Source: an uncultured Saprospirales bacterium (GTDB lineage: Bacteria; Bacteroidota; Bacteroidia; Chitinophagales; JADIYW01). From it: a stretch of 64,000 nt of DNA. The notes beneath the pieces are model-generated. The model worked only from the letters and a program-made list of their open reading frames with translations, searched no databases and was not told where the DNA came from. Shown one piece after another: positions 19,371 through 29,133 of the stretch. The stretch spans positions 950 through 64,949 of the forward strand of contig CALLKF010000070.1 in assembly GCA_938008535.1 (NCBI GenBank), given 5' to 3'. The position numbers and the translations under genes were made by a program. Position 1 is the first letter of the stretch; each line of letters opens with the position of its first letter.

Positions 19371-20195
19371 TTAGATGCCAAATAATTTGTGTGAATTTTG
19401 TGTTGTGATTGCAGAAATTTCATCTAAACCTTTTTCATATACTGTACATAAAGTTTCTGCAACCAATTTAGTATAAGCACTTTCGTTTCTTTTTCCACGA
19501 TATGGAACTGGTGGCAAATAAGGTGAATCGGTTTCAAACACAATTTTATCAATTGGAATATGTTTTAAGGTATCACGTAAGTTCGTATTTTTATAAGTAA
19601 CCACACCACCAATTCCTAAATAAAACCCAAGTTTAATTATTTCATTTGCTTCTTCTAAACTACCAGTAAAACAATGAAACACACCACTCGGATTTTGTTT
19701 TCGTTTCTTTAAAATTTCGATTAATATATGCGTTGATTCTCTTGCATGAATGGCAACTGGCAAGTTTTTTTCAATTGCCCAATCGCACTGCAATTCAAAA
19801 GCTTCTTTTTGAATTTCTAAAGTTGATTTGTCCCAGTGCATATCTATACCGATTTCACCAACTGCTACAAAAGTAGTCGTGAGTCGTAAGTCGTGAGTCG
19901 TAAGTGTAATATCATCAAACAAATATTTTCGTACAATTTCTAATTCTTGTTTATACGTTTCTTGTTTTACATAACAAGGATGCAAACCCATCATCGGAAA
20001 AATATTTTCAGGAAATTGTTCTACTAAATTCAGCATCGGTTGAATTGTACTGGAATCTACATTTGGAATAATCATCTTGCAAACACCAGCATTTATTGCA
20101 CGTTCAATCATTTCTGTTCTATCAGTATCAAACTGCACTTCGTACAAATGTGTATGTGTATCTATAAGAGTCGTAAGTCGTGAGTCGTGAGTCAT
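19371..20195 (-). CDS. tatD: TatD-family metal-dependent hydrolase/DNase
   Basis: 274 aa with IDTHTHL, GEIGIDMHW, PVAIHARES, GVFHCF and ETDSPYL. Two heptamer-repeat-encoded insertions are described in the findings. Confidence 0.9.
   Translation of the reverse strand: MTHDSRLTTLIDTHTHLYEVQFDTDRTEMIERAINAGVCKMIIPNVDSSTIQPMLNLVEQFPENIFPMMGLHPCYVKQETYKQELEIVRKYLFDDITLTTHDLRLTTTFVAVGEIGIDMHWDKSTLEIQKEAFELQCDWAIEKNLPVAIHARESTHILIEILKKRKQNPSGVFHCFTGSLEEANEIIKLGFYLGIGGVVTYKNTNLRDTLKHIPIDKIVFETDSPYLPPVPYRGKRNESAYTKLVAETLCTVYEKGLDEISAITTQNSHKLFGI
19874..19908. repeat. heptanucleotide tandem repeat (5 units) inside tatD
   Basis: + strand units TAGTCGT GAGTCGT AAGTCGT GAGTCGT AAGTGTA. The region encodes ...LTTHDLRLTTT... 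Confidence 0.85.
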
Positions 20196-20202
20196 AAGTA
20201 AA
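20168..20202. repeat. heptanucleotide tandem repeat (5 units) spanning the tatD start codon
   Basis: + strand units GAGTCGT AAGTCGT GAGTCGT GAGTCAT AAGTAAA. The minus strand reads ATG ACTCACG ACTCACG ACTTACG ACTC, giving MTHDSRLTT. Confidence 0.85.
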
Positions 20203-20216
20203 AAATAATATTTTTT

Positions 20217-20834
20217 TTACGGATTTATTTTGTCAAGAATAACCTTTTTTTCTTTACAATATGCTAATAACTTTGGCAAACAATATTCTAAATGTTTCCA
20301 TGATTTCTCATTATCGTGCAATACAATTATATCACCATTTTTTACTTTTTGTAAATTTGAATAACATTTTTCTGATGAAATATTCTGGTCAAAATCACCA
20401 GGCATTATCGACCACATGATAGTAGTTTGTTCTGAAATTACTTGGTGCTTGAATTTTCCATATGGTGGTCTATATAAATCAATTTTTACATTGGTGATAA
20501 TTTCCAACGTATCTTTTCCTTTTAAAACATTCTGTTCATATTCATTTTTAGAAATCTTCCAACCATCTAAATGTGCATCACCATGACTTCCTATAGCATG
20601 ATCATTTGCTTTCATTCTTTTTACAATTTCCTGATTCTTTTTGGCGCTCTCACCTAAACAAAAAAATGTTGCTTTTGCATCGTATTTCTTCAATTGTTCT
20701 AAAATCCAAGGTGTAATTTCTGGATGCGGACCGTCGTCAAACGTAAGATAAATCTTATTCTCTGCGTTCGGCAAATCCCAAACGAACTGAGAAAATAGTT
20801 TTTTAATAATATATGGCGTATGAACAAAATACAT
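20217..20834 (-). CDS. polysaccharide deacetylase (CE4)
   Basis: 205 aa with LTFDDGPHPE, KATFFCLG and HGDAH. Confidence 0.85.
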   Translation of the reverse strand: MYFVHTPYIIKKLFSQFVWDLPNAENKIYLTFDDGPHPEITPWILEQLKKYDAKATFFCLGESAKKNQEIVKRMKANDHAIGSHGDAHLDGWKISKNEYEQNVLKGKDTLEIITNVKIDLYRPPYGKFKHQVISEQTTIMWSIMPGDFDQNISSEKCYSNLQKVKNGDIIVLHDNEKSWKHLEYCLPKLLAYCKEKKVILDKINP

Positions 20835-20917
20835 TTTACAAAGCTAAATGCTTATTTTAGCAGTCCAAATTTACAAATTTCAAATTGGCAACTGCTAATT
20901 TTTAAATTAAATAAAGT

Positions 20918-22426
20918 ATGAGTAAAAAAGTTAGAGTTCGATTTGCACCAAGTCCAACAGGTCCGTTGCACATTGGTGGCGTGCGCACTGCCTTGTATAA
21001 TTATTTGTTCGCCAAAAAATACGGCGGCGATTTTATTTTGCGCATTGAAGACACCGATCAAAATCGTTTGGTGCAAGGCACAGAAAATTATATAATTGAA
21101 ACGTTGAAATGGATTGGCATCGAGCCAAATGAAGGTGTTGGTTTTGGCGATGGACAATTTGCACCTTATCGACAAAGCGATAGAAAAGATTCTTACCGGC
21201 AATATGCAGAACAATTACTGAATGCAGGTTTTGCATATTATGCGTTTGATACAGAAACTGATTTGGAACAATTGAAAGCAACGCATCCAAATTTTAAATA
21301 CGATGCAAATACACGCGAGCAAGGTAAAAATTCACTGACACTTTCTAAAGAAGAAGTAGCTCAACGTTTGGCAAATAATGAGCATTATGTGATTCGTATA
21401 AAATTACCATTAGATGAAGATGTGAAATTTCACGATGAAATACGCGGTCACGTAACCGTGAATACTTCGCAAATGGATGATAAAGTGTTATTGAAAAGCG
21501 ATGGTATGCCAACTTATCATTTAGCAAATGTTTGTGATGATTATGTAATGCAGATTTCGCATGTGATACGTGGTGAAGAATGGTTGCCAAGTGCGCCTTT
21601 GCATGTGTTACTGTATCGTTATTTAGATTGGGAAAATTCAATGCCAAAATTTGCACATTTACCACTTTTATTAAAACCAGACGGCAACGGAAAATTAAGC
21701 AAACGCGATGGCGATCGTTTAGGTTTTCCTGTGTTTCCTTTAGAATGGACAGATCCAATTAGCAATGAAATTAGCAGTGGTTACAAACAAAAAGGTTATT
21801 TGCCAGAATCAGTTTTAAATATGCTGGCTTTTTTAGGTTGGAATCCTGGAACAGAGCAAGAAATTTTTTCAAAAGAAGAATTAATTGTAGCATTTAGCAT
21901 AGAACATATACATAAAGCTGGTGCAAAATTTGATTTTGAAAAAGCAAAATGGTTCAATGCAGAATACATTAAAAAATTATCGAACGAAGCATTAGCATCT
22001 TTAGTAAAAGAAACTGTTACCACTAAATTTGGAAATCAAGATGATGTATATTTAACAAAAGCTCTTGGTTTGGTAAAAGAACGTTTTGTTTTTTTAAATG
22101 ATGTTGAATTGTTTGGCTATTTATTTCAGCCGACAGAAAAATACGACGTAACTATTTTATCTAAAATAAATAACATTAAAGAAAATTTTAATGTTGATGC
22201 ATTTGCTGATTTTTTACTACAACAAACTAATACTGATTTAATCGCTATCGAAACATCATTAAAAGAATTTGCAACCAATAATAATATTAAAGTTGGCGAC
22301 ATGATGAAGTTTTTGCGTGTTAGTTTAGTTGGTGAATTATCAGGACCAACTATACCTGAACTCATTCAATTATTTGGCAGTGAAGAAACAAATAAACGAG
22401 TAAAAAATTGTTTTAGTCAATTGTAA
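20918..22426 (+). CDS. gltX: glutamyl-tRNA synthetase
   Basis: 502 aa with RFAPSPTGPLHIGG and KLSKRDG. Confidence 0.97.
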   Translation: MSKKVRVRFAPSPTGPLHIGGVRTALYNYLFAKKYGGDFILRIEDTDQNRLVQGTENYIIETLKWIGIEPNEGVGFGDGQFAPYRQSDRKDSYRQYAEQLLNAGFAYYAFDTETDLEQLKATHPNFKYDANTREQGKNSLTLSKEEVAQRLANNEHYVIRIKLPLDEDVKFHDEIRGHVTVNTSQMDDKVLLKSDGMPTYHLANVCDDYVMQISHVIRGEEWLPSAPLHVLLYRYLDWENSMPKFAHLPLLLKPDGNGKLSKRDGDRLGFPVFPLEWTDPISNEISSGYKQKGYLPESVLNMLAFLGWNPGTEQEIFSKEELIVAFSIEHIHKAGAKFDFEKAKWFNAEYIKKLSNEALASLVKETVTTKFGNQDDVYLTKALGLVKERFVFLNDVELFGYLFQPTEKYDVTILSKINNIKENFNVDAFADFLLQQTNTDLIAIETSLKEFATNNNIKVGDMMKFLRVSLVGELSGPTIPELIQLFGSEETNKRVKNCFSQL

Positions 22427-22458
22427 TTGATATAAAAACCGTTTTAAAAAACAAAAAG

Positions 22459-24120
22459 ATGGAAGAAAAAACAGAAGAAAATAAGTCGTTGAATTTTATT
22501 GAAGAAATTATAGATAACGATCTGAAAGAAGGAAAACACGATTCCATCTTAACGCGATTTCCACCAGAACCAAATGGTTATTTGCACCTTGGTCATGCAA
22601 CTGCAATTTGTTTAAATTTTGGTGTAGCACAAAAATTTGGTGGCAAAACCAATTTACGTTTCGATGATACGAATCCTGTTACTGAAGATACCGAATATGT
22701 TGATAGCATACAAGAAGATGTAAAATGGTTAGGTTTTGATTGGGCAAATATTTTTTATGCAAGTGATTATTTTGATCAGTTGTATGCATTTGCTGTACAG
22801 CTAATAAAACAAGGCGATGCGTATGTTTGTGATTTAACTGCTGAAGAAATTGCTGCGCAAAAAGGCACACCAACCGAAGTAGGAACCAACTCACCTTTTA
22901 GAGATAGAACCGTTGAAGAAAATTTGCAATTATTTGCAGATATGAAAGCTGGAAAATACAAAGAAGGTGAAAAAACCTTGCGTGCAAAAATCGACATGTC
23001 GTCAACGAACATGCTGATGCGTGATCCGCTTTTGTACAGAATAAAATTTGCGCATCATCACCGCACCGGCGACAAATGGTGCATTTATCCGATGTATGAT
23101 TTTGCGCACGGACAAAGCGATTCGATTGAAAAAATTACGCATTCTATTTGTACACTTGAATTTGTGCCTCACAGAGAAGTATACGATTGGTGTATCGAAA
23201 AATTAGGCATTTATCCATCTAAACAATACGAGTTTGCGCGCGTGAATATTAACTACACGGTGATGAGCAAACGCAAGCTCAAACAATTGGTAGAAGAAAA
23301 TCATGTGGCTGGTTGGAATGATCCAAGAATGCCAACGATTTCTGGTATGCGCAGACGTGGCTACACTGCCAGTGCTATTCGTGAATTTTGCGACAGAGCA
23401 GGAATTGCGAAGCGCGAAAAAGTAAATGATATTTCGTTGCTGGAATTTTGTGTACGCGAAGATTTGAATAAAATTTCGTTGCGAAGAATGGCAGTTTTTA
23501 ATCCTGTAAAAGTGGTGATTACAAACTTAGAAGAAAATGAAATTTTATTAGAGATTGAAAACAATCCAGAAGACTCAACCAGCGGCACACGACAAGTTGC
23601 ATTTACTAAAGAAATTTTTATTGAACGCGAAGATTTTGTAGAAACACCGCAAAAGAAAGTGTTTAAAATGGAAGTTGGAAAAACGATTCGTTTGAAAGGT
23701 GCGTTTATTGTGACGTGCGATAATGCAATAAAAGATGAAGATGGAAACATCGCAGAAATTCATTGCACTTACCATGCAGATAGTAAAAGTGGACAAGATA
23801 CTTCTGGAATAAAAGTGCAAGGCACGTTGCATTGGGTAAGTGCTAAACATGCCATAAACATTGAGGTGCGCGAGTACGACCGTTTATTTAAAGTAGAAAA
23901 TCCGGATGCTGAAGAAGGAGATTTTAAAGATTATATTAACGAACATAGCTTAGATATTATACCAACTGCGTATGCAGAACCAGAATTAGCAAATGCGACA
24001 CTAAACGACCATTTTCAATTCTTGCGCAAAGGTTATTTTTATTTAGACAAAGATTCATCTTCTGAAAAAATCATCTTTAATAAAACCGTTGGTTTGAAGG
24101 ATGGCTTTACGAAGAAGTAG
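22459..24120 (+). CDS. glnS: glutaminyl-tRNA synthetase
   Basis: 553 aa with RFPPEPNGYLHLGH, VMSKRKL and the C-terminal beta-barrel anticodon-binding domains. Confidence 0.97.
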   Translation: MEEKTEENKSLNFIEEIIDNDLKEGKHDSILTRFPPEPNGYLHLGHATAICLNFGVAQKFGGKTNLRFDDTNPVTEDTEYVDSIQEDVKWLGFDWANIFYASDYFDQLYAFAVQLIKQGDAYVCDLTAEEIAAQKGTPTEVGTNSPFRDRTVEENLQLFADMKAGKYKEGEKTLRAKIDMSSTNMLMRDPLLYRIKFAHHHRTGDKWCIYPMYDFAHGQSDSIEKITHSICTLEFVPHREVYDWCIEKLGIYPSKQYEFARVNINYTVMSKRKLKQLVEENHVAGWNDPRMPTISGMRRRGYTASAIREFCDRAGIAKREKVNDISLLEFCVREDLNKISLRRMAVFNPVKVVITNLEENEILLEIENNPEDSTSGTRQVAFTKEIFIEREDFVETPQKKVFKMEVGKTIRLKGAFIVTCDNAIKDEDGNIAEIHCTYHADSKSGQDTSGIKVQGTLHWVSAKHAINIEVREYDRLFKVENPDAEEGDFKDYINEHSLDIIPTAYAEPELANATLNDHFQFLRKGYFYLDKDSSSEKIIFNKTVGLKDGFTKK

Positions 24121-24135
24121 ATTTTAAGTTACAAT

Positions 24136-24426
24136 ATGAATCAAACTAAAAAAGCCAATATCTGTATTATAATTATTCTAATTCCTTTTTTAATACTTTT
24201 GGTCTCTACACTAACTTCAGAAATATTCTTTTTATTTCCTTTATCATTAATTATATTATTACCATTCACAGTAATAGCTATAATTTTAAAAAAAATCTGG
24301 AAAATAAAATTTGAGGATGGAAGTACTCAAGGCGATATAAAATTACTTTTGTTTGGTACTTTAACATTTATTGGTATTTTAGGAGGTATTCTTTCTTGGA
24401 TGTTTTTATTCGTTGTAACAAGTTAA
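24136..24426 (+). CDS. small membrane protein (3 TM), unknown
   Basis: 96-aa hydrophobic ORF, 15 nt after glnS. Coding status is uncertain. Confidence 0.45.
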   Translation: MNQTKKANICIIIILIPFLILLVSTLTSEIFFLFPLSLIILLPFTVIAIILKKIWKIKFEDGSTQGDIKLLLFGTLTFIGILGGILSWMFLFVVTS

Positions 24427-24435
24427 TGTTTAATC

Positions 24436-24660
24436 ATGCAACAAATAATCTTCGAAGAACCATATTTTTATCAATTCTACAAACAAGAAAATGATTATTA
24501 CTTAAGTGTGTTGTGTGGCACTTCTGCACAGTTTGATATCACTATAAAATTTACGGAAACAGAAATTGAAACTTATCTTCTAAAAGGACAAGATTATATT
24601 GTAACAAAAGCAAATCTCATCTTTAATCATCCAAAAGATTTTATTGAAAGAAAGATCTAG
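24436..24660 (+). CDS. small cytoplasmic hypothetical protein (74 aa)
   Basis: ORF 9 nt after the previous one. Its stop is only 3 nt from the stop of the convergent gene. Confidence 0.45.
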   Translation: MQQIIFEEPYFYQFYKQENDYYLSVLCGTSAQFDITIKFTETEIETYLLKGQDYIVTKANLIFNHPKDFIERKI

Positions 24661-24663
24661 AGT

Positions 24664-25911
24664 TTATTTCTCAACTACCGAATAAATCGCGGCCATAATT
24701 TTATCTAAATTACTAGGATAATTTACCCAATTTTTTTCAGATTTAGCACTGTAAACCGCAACATACACTTTGCTTTTCCGTTCACCAATAGTAATAGTTA
24801 ATTGCAACGGCAACGCAACTGGATTTGTGGTTAAACGTTCGTTGCAAGCCACATCATTTTCATTACAATCATAAGAAGATTTGAAATCAAAAAAACCCAA
24901 ATCTATAATGTATTGTGCTAATTTCACGAGTTGATCGCGCGAAATATTTTTTTCTATGCGTTGGTCACCAGCTTTTTTTGTTTTGTATTCACGATGAATT
25001 CTGCCAGCATTTAGAATAGAAATCCTATCATACATTTTTGAATTATCATCATTCAAAACAGTTCCACCATTTACATAAATATCAACATAATCATTCGGAT
25101 TGAATTGCACTGGAATATTCAGTTGCATCGTTTTTAAGACGCTGTCTAATTTTTTATCATTGTTTCTTCTAATGGTTTCTGCTTCTTTAGAAAATTCAGA
25201 ATAATTTGCTTTTGCCAATACATCTTCTTTTACATTTCCTTTAGAAATTATTGTTTTGTTGACAGGAATTTTCTCGTCAATTTCATTCGCAGCAACTGAT
25301 TTTGTTGGGTTTGGTTTATTATACGTTGCATTGCCATTTACAATTGGTGTAGTTTCAAACGAGAATTCTTTAAAGTTTTTGGTTGTATCAAAATTAGATT
25401 TTGATGGCAATAAAATGTCATTTTTAACAGCTGATTTTGCAATTGGCTTTTCTAAAACAGGTTTTGGCGCAATCTGTTTTGGCTTTTCAATTACTACTGA
25501 TTTTTCAGGTAATTTGCTTTTTAATGAATCTTTTTGAGCGTTAACTTTCTTAACTGAAATATCATTTCTTTCAATTACTTTATATTTCAATTTAGTAATT
25601 GTATCCTTTTCTATTTCAATAGATTTGGCAACAACTTCGTTTTTATTTTGAAATGGTTTAGTAATCGTTTCATTTACTACTCCTTTCTTGCTTTGAGTGG
25701 AAACACTATCTATTTTTATGTTTTCTTTTCTTGCATCAATAGTTGGAATTGATTTATAATCATCAGAAATTTTTGGATTATTTTTTGAACTTTCTACTTT
25801 TTGAATGCTATCATATTTTTTCCATAATGCATCAAAACCACTTTGCGCTTTTATTGAAAAAGTCACTTGAAAAAAAATAAATAGCAACAAATAATTCTTC
25901 ATTTCTAACAC
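24664..25911 (-). CDS. secreted protein, paralog A (K/E/T-rich linker plus conserved ~170-aa C-terminal domain)
   Basis: 415 aa with a signal peptide. The C-terminal domain is roughly half identical by eye to that of the neighbouring gene (NPNDY.(D/E)IYV.GG...YDR.SI...REYKTK...LAQYI.DLGFFDFK..YDC..NDV.C). Confidence 0.7.
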   Translation of the reverse strand: MLEMKNYLLLFIFFQVTFSIKAQSGFDALWKKYDSIQKVESSKNNPKISDDYKSIPTIDARKENIKIDSVSTQSKKGVVNETITKPFQNKNEVVAKSIEIEKDTITKLKYKVIERNDISVKKVNAQKDSLKSKLPEKSVVIEKPKQIAPKPVLEKPIAKSAVKNDILLPSKSNFDTTKNFKEFSFETTPIVNGNATYNKPNPTKSVAANEIDEKIPVNKTIISKGNVKEDVLAKANYSEFSKEAETIRRNNDKKLDSVLKTMQLNIPVQFNPNDYVDIYVNGGTVLNDDNSKMYDRISILNAGRIHREYKTKKAGDQRIEKNISRDQLVKLAQYIIDLGFFDFKSSYDCNENDVACNERLTTNPVALPLQLTITIGERKSKVYVAVYSAKSEKNWVNYPSNLDKIMAAIYSVVEK

Positions 25912-25923
25912 AGTTTTATAAAA

Positions 25924-27231
25924 TTATTTTTCAATTACTGAATAAATTGCATTCAAAATCTTTTCTAATTTTGGTGGATAATCCACAAAATTTGCTTCCA
26001 TATTCGGTGCAAAAAGTGCTACATTTACTTTGTTTCTACGTGCACCAATAGCAACAGTAATATTCAATGGAATTGGTTGTGGATCGCGTTTCATTCTAGA
26101 CGTACAATCAACATCATTTATGTCGCAATCATACTCTTTTTTAAAATCAAAAAAACCTAAATCAACAATATATTGTGCTAGTTTCATCAATTCATCTTTA
26201 GAAATTTTCTTTTCTTCACGTTGTTCACCTTGCAACTTTGTTTTGTATTCGCGCTGCACCATACCTGTATGAAAAATAGAAAGACGATCGTATATTTTTG
26301 CATTTTGTCCAGCATATAAACCACCACCACTTACATAAATTTCTATATAATCATTAGGATTTACAGTTACAGGAACTTTAACTGGCAAAGATGCCAACAC
26401 GCTGTCTAGCCATCGTTTATTAGTTCTGCGGATTGAATCTGCTTCTTTTGCATATTTATCATAACTCTCTTTTTGAGTTAAATCTTCTTTCGTTAAATTC
26501 TCTTTGGCTGTTGCTTTTGAATTCACAGGAATTTTAGCTTCTGCAATTTCTTTATCTTCTTTTTTAGGATTTGGCAGGTTGTAACTTGGTTTATTTGAAC
26601 TATTGGTTATAGGTGTTGTTTCGAAATAAAAATCTTTTAATTTTTTTGTGGTATCTATTTTATTGTATTTTTTTATTTCAGTGGATGATTCTTTTTCTAC
26701 GTCTTTTACTTTCGTTGTTGATTTTGCAACCGCTTTTCCTTTTACAATTGGTGTACTGGAAAAGTCTTCATCATTTTTAGTGTTTTTATTATTCACTTCA
26801 TTCATGATTTCATACGCAGTTTTTACTTTGCCAGATTTTTCTGGTTTTGTAATAGTCGATTTTTCAACATCTTTTACAACTTCTTTAGTTACTTCTTTTC
26901 CAATTTTTTCTACATTTTTTTTCGTAGTTGTTGGTATCGTAGTTTTTTCAACTTTCTCTTCTTTTTTAAAAACAGTTGCTTTGCCTTTCACAATTGGTTG
27001 CGTAGAAAATTCATCAGGATTGGTGTTTTGATTTTTAATCACAGTAGAATTTGATTTTTTAATATCAATCTGCTGAATTTTTTCTTTTTCCAAAGCATTC
27101 AAATCTTTTATACTACCACTTTTTGGTTTTTCAGCAGCAGGCAATTCTTTTTTCACTGTATTATTTTGCGCATAATTATTTAAAAATAAAAGCGTAAAAA
27201 ACAGGAACGTTAAATGTTTTAAATTTTTCAT
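25924..27231 (-). CDS. secreted protein, paralog B
   Basis: 435 aa with signal peptide MKNLKHLTFLFFTLLFLNNYAQ. Three F(S/E)(S/T)xPI(V/T) motifs lie in the low-complexity linker, and the C-terminal domain matches that of 24664-25911. Confidence 0.7.
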   Translation of the reverse strand: MKNLKHLTFLFFTLLFLNNYAQNNTVKKELPAAEKPKSGSIKDLNALEKEKIQQIDIKKSNSTVIKNQNTNPDEFSTQPIVKGKATVFKKEEKVEKTTIPTTTKKNVEKIGKEVTKEVVKDVEKSTITKPEKSGKVKTAYEIMNEVNNKNTKNDEDFSSTPIVKGKAVAKSTTKVKDVEKESSTEIKKYNKIDTTKKLKDFYFETTPITNSSNKPSYNLPNPKKEDKEIAEAKIPVNSKATAKENLTKEDLTQKESYDKYAKEADSIRRTNKRWLDSVLASLPVKVPVTVNPNDYIEIYVSGGGLYAGQNAKIYDRLSIFHTGMVQREYKTKLQGEQREEKKISKDELMKLAQYIVDLGFFDFKKEYDCDINDVDCTSRMKRDPQPIPLNITVAIGARRNKVNVALFAPNMEANFVDYPPKLEKILNAIYSVIEK

Positions 27232-27240
27232 CTGTATAAA

Positions 27241-27888
27241 TTAATTTTCAATGCCTTTTAACATTGGCACAAAGGTAAATGTATCAAAGATTTCTTTTTC
27301 ATAATGATTGTTAACCAATCGTTTAATTCGCAACATCTTTTGCGTATTTCCTTCGCCAAATGGAATCACCATGCAACCACCAACCGCTAGTTGATCCAAT
27401 AATTTTTGTGGAATTTCCGGCGCAGCAGCGGTAATAATAATTTTATCAAATGGCGCAAACGTAGGCAATCCTTCAAAACCATCACCATATAAACATTTCA
27501 CATTATTATATTTCAATTCATGCAACAATTTTTCTGCTTTATTGCTCAATGGTTTATGCCGTTCAATCGAATAAAGCACCACATCTAATTCAGCTAAAAC
27601 TGCAGCTTGATAACCGCTACCAGTTCCAATTTCCAACACCGTGTCGCCTTCTTCAATCTCTAATAATTGCGTTTGATAAGCAACTGTAAACGGATTAGAA
27701 ATTGTTTGTCCACGACCAATTGGAAACGGAATATTATCGTACGCTTTTTCTTCAAAAGATGCATCCATAAAAAAATGACGTGGAATTTTTTGAATCGCAG
27801 CCAATACTTTTTCATCTTGAATGCCTAAATCTTTCAACTCACTCACTAATCGTTTCCGCAAACCTTGCTGTCTGAACGTATCTTGCAT
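27241..27888 (-). CDS. pcm: protein-L-isoaspartate O-methyltransferase
   Basis: 215 aa with GQTISNPFTVA and the SAM motif VLEIGTGSGYQAAVLA. Confidence 0.93.
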   Translation of the reverse strand: MQDTFRQQGLRKRLVSELKDLGIQDEKVLAAIQKIPRHFFMDASFEEKAYDNIPFPIGRGQTISNPFTVAYQTQLLEIEEGDTVLEIGTGSGYQAAVLAELDVVLYSIERHKPLSNKAEKLLHELKYNNVKCLYGDGFEGLPTFAPFDKIIITAAAPEIPQKLLDQLAVGGCMVIPFGEGNTQKMLRIKRLVNNHYEKEIFDTFTFVPMLKGIEN

Positions 27889-28040
27889 CCTACAAAATTA
27901 ACTTCTTAGCAGAAAATTAAAAGCAGAAACTATTCCATGTTGTTAATAAATACGATAAATGCAATAAAAAACACGATTTTTTTTGAAATTGACAGGCAAC
28001 TATTCAACTTTATGGTGTCTTTGTAAATGAAAAGTAAAAA

Positions 28041-28598
28041 TTGACCTTAATTATTGATGATATATTTTTAGGAAAGTTGAAACAAAAGGATGTTTTGGCT
28101 TGCAAGCAATTGTATTTACAATATGCTGATGCTATGTATAATATATGTAAAAGAATTTTGCAAAACCAAACAGAAGCTGAAGATGCATTGCAGGATGGAT
28201 TTATAAAAATATTTGAAAATCTACATCAGTTTAGAAATGAAAGCAGCATTGGAAGTTGGATGAAACAAATTATCACCAACACTTGCTTAACTATTTTAAA
28301 AAAGAAGAAAATTAATTGGCAAGAATTGGACGAAAAAAGTGAAGGAAAAAGTGATAGTGAAAATGAAAGTGAAGATGATGCACCGAATAACTTTTCTATT
28401 GAACAAATAAAAAATGCAATTGAGCAATTACCAAATGGTTACAGAGTAGTTTTTAATTTATTTATGTTTGAAAACTACTCACATTTGGAAATTGCAAAGA
28501 TGTTGGAAATAACAGAATCGACATCAAAATCGCAGTTGTTCAAAGCAAAAAATAAATTGAAAGAAATTTTAGTACAATCAAACAATACACATGGATAA
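28041..28598 (+). CDS. ECF-type RNA polymerase sigma-70 factor
   Basis: 185 aa with region 2 (AEDALQDGFIKIFENLHQF...SWMKQIITNTC) and region 4 (YRVVFNLFMFENYSHLEIAKMLEITESTSKSQLFKAKNKL). Apparent TTG start; no in-frame ATG retains region 2. Confidence 0.88.
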   Translation: MTLIIDDIFLGKLKQKDVLACKQLYLQYADAMYNICKRILQNQTEAEDALQDGFIKIFENLHQFRNESSIGSWMKQIITNTCLTILKKKKINWQELDEKSEGKSDSENESEDDAPNNFSIEQIKNAIEQLPNGYRVVFNLFMFENYSHLEIAKMLEITESTSKSQLFKAKNKLKEILVQSNNTHG

Positions 28599-29133
28599 TT
28601 TTGAAAAATATTTAAAAGAAAACAAGCACGAGTTTGATGTTGAATTTACAAACAAGCATCAACTTTGGGAAAAATTGGAGCAAAAAATTACAGTAAAAAA
28701 AGTAATTCCAATTTGGCAAAATCGCTGGATTCAATTTGCTGCAGCAGCATGTTTGGCTGGTGTGTTGGTATTGAAAATTACAACACCAAATCCAACAAAA
28801 AACATGACCACAATTTGTTCTATTGATGGTGTTTCCAAAGAATTTTGCATGCAAATAAACGAGTATGAAACAGATATTCAATCGAAATTAATAAGTATGG
28901 ATTCTACTAAATTAGAAATACCAAAAGAAGTGGAACAAGAAGTAAATGCTGACAATCCGATGAAAGTTATATTATTGAATGAGTTGAAAAAAAATCCGAA
29001 TAATCCAAAAATAAAAGATGCGATTTTAAAATACTATAAAGCAAAATTAGAATTGATAGAACGCATTGAAGAAGTATTAAAAAAACAAGATAAACAGATA
29101 AAAAATGAAATCTCTTCTAACAATATTAGCTAG
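28591..29133 (+). CDS. putative anti-sigma factor (single-pass membrane protein)
   Basis: 180 aa. Overlaps the sigma gene by 8 nt (ATGGATAA). One TM segment (WIQFAAAACLAGVLVL) follows a ~45-aa cytoplasmic N-terminus. Confidence 0.55.
   Translation: MDNFEKYLKENKHEFDVEFTNKHQLWEKLEQKITVKKVIPIWQNRWIQFAAAACLAGVLVLKITTPNPTKNMTTICSIDGVSKEFCMQINEYETDIQSKLISMDSTKLEIPKEVEQEVNADNPMKVILLNELKKNPNNPKIKDAILKYYKAKLELIERIEEVLKKQDKQIKNEISSNNIS

Noticed and set aside
20868-20907. Inverted repeat TAGCAGT...ACTGCTA upstream of gltX
   Set aside because: A 7-bp stem with a 26-nt AT-rich loop is too weak to call a regulatory structure.
20852-21214. 120-aa ORF antisense to the gltX 5' end. Similar shadow ORFs occur at 480-737, 2521-2841, 3911-4165, 6770-7094, 11018-11275, 12411-12707, 21345-21758, 23361-23850, 26648-27031, 54851-55168, 59562-59927, 61334-61687 and elsewhere.
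   Set aside because: They lie entirely inside, and antisense or out of frame to, strongly supported conserved genes. They are typical shadow ORFs with low-complexity translations.
20918-24120. Adjacent gltX and glnS as a possible recent duplication or unusual pairing
   Set aside because: The two proteins are clearly diverged canonical GluRS and GlnRS. Adjacency of translation genes is unremarkable without comparative data.
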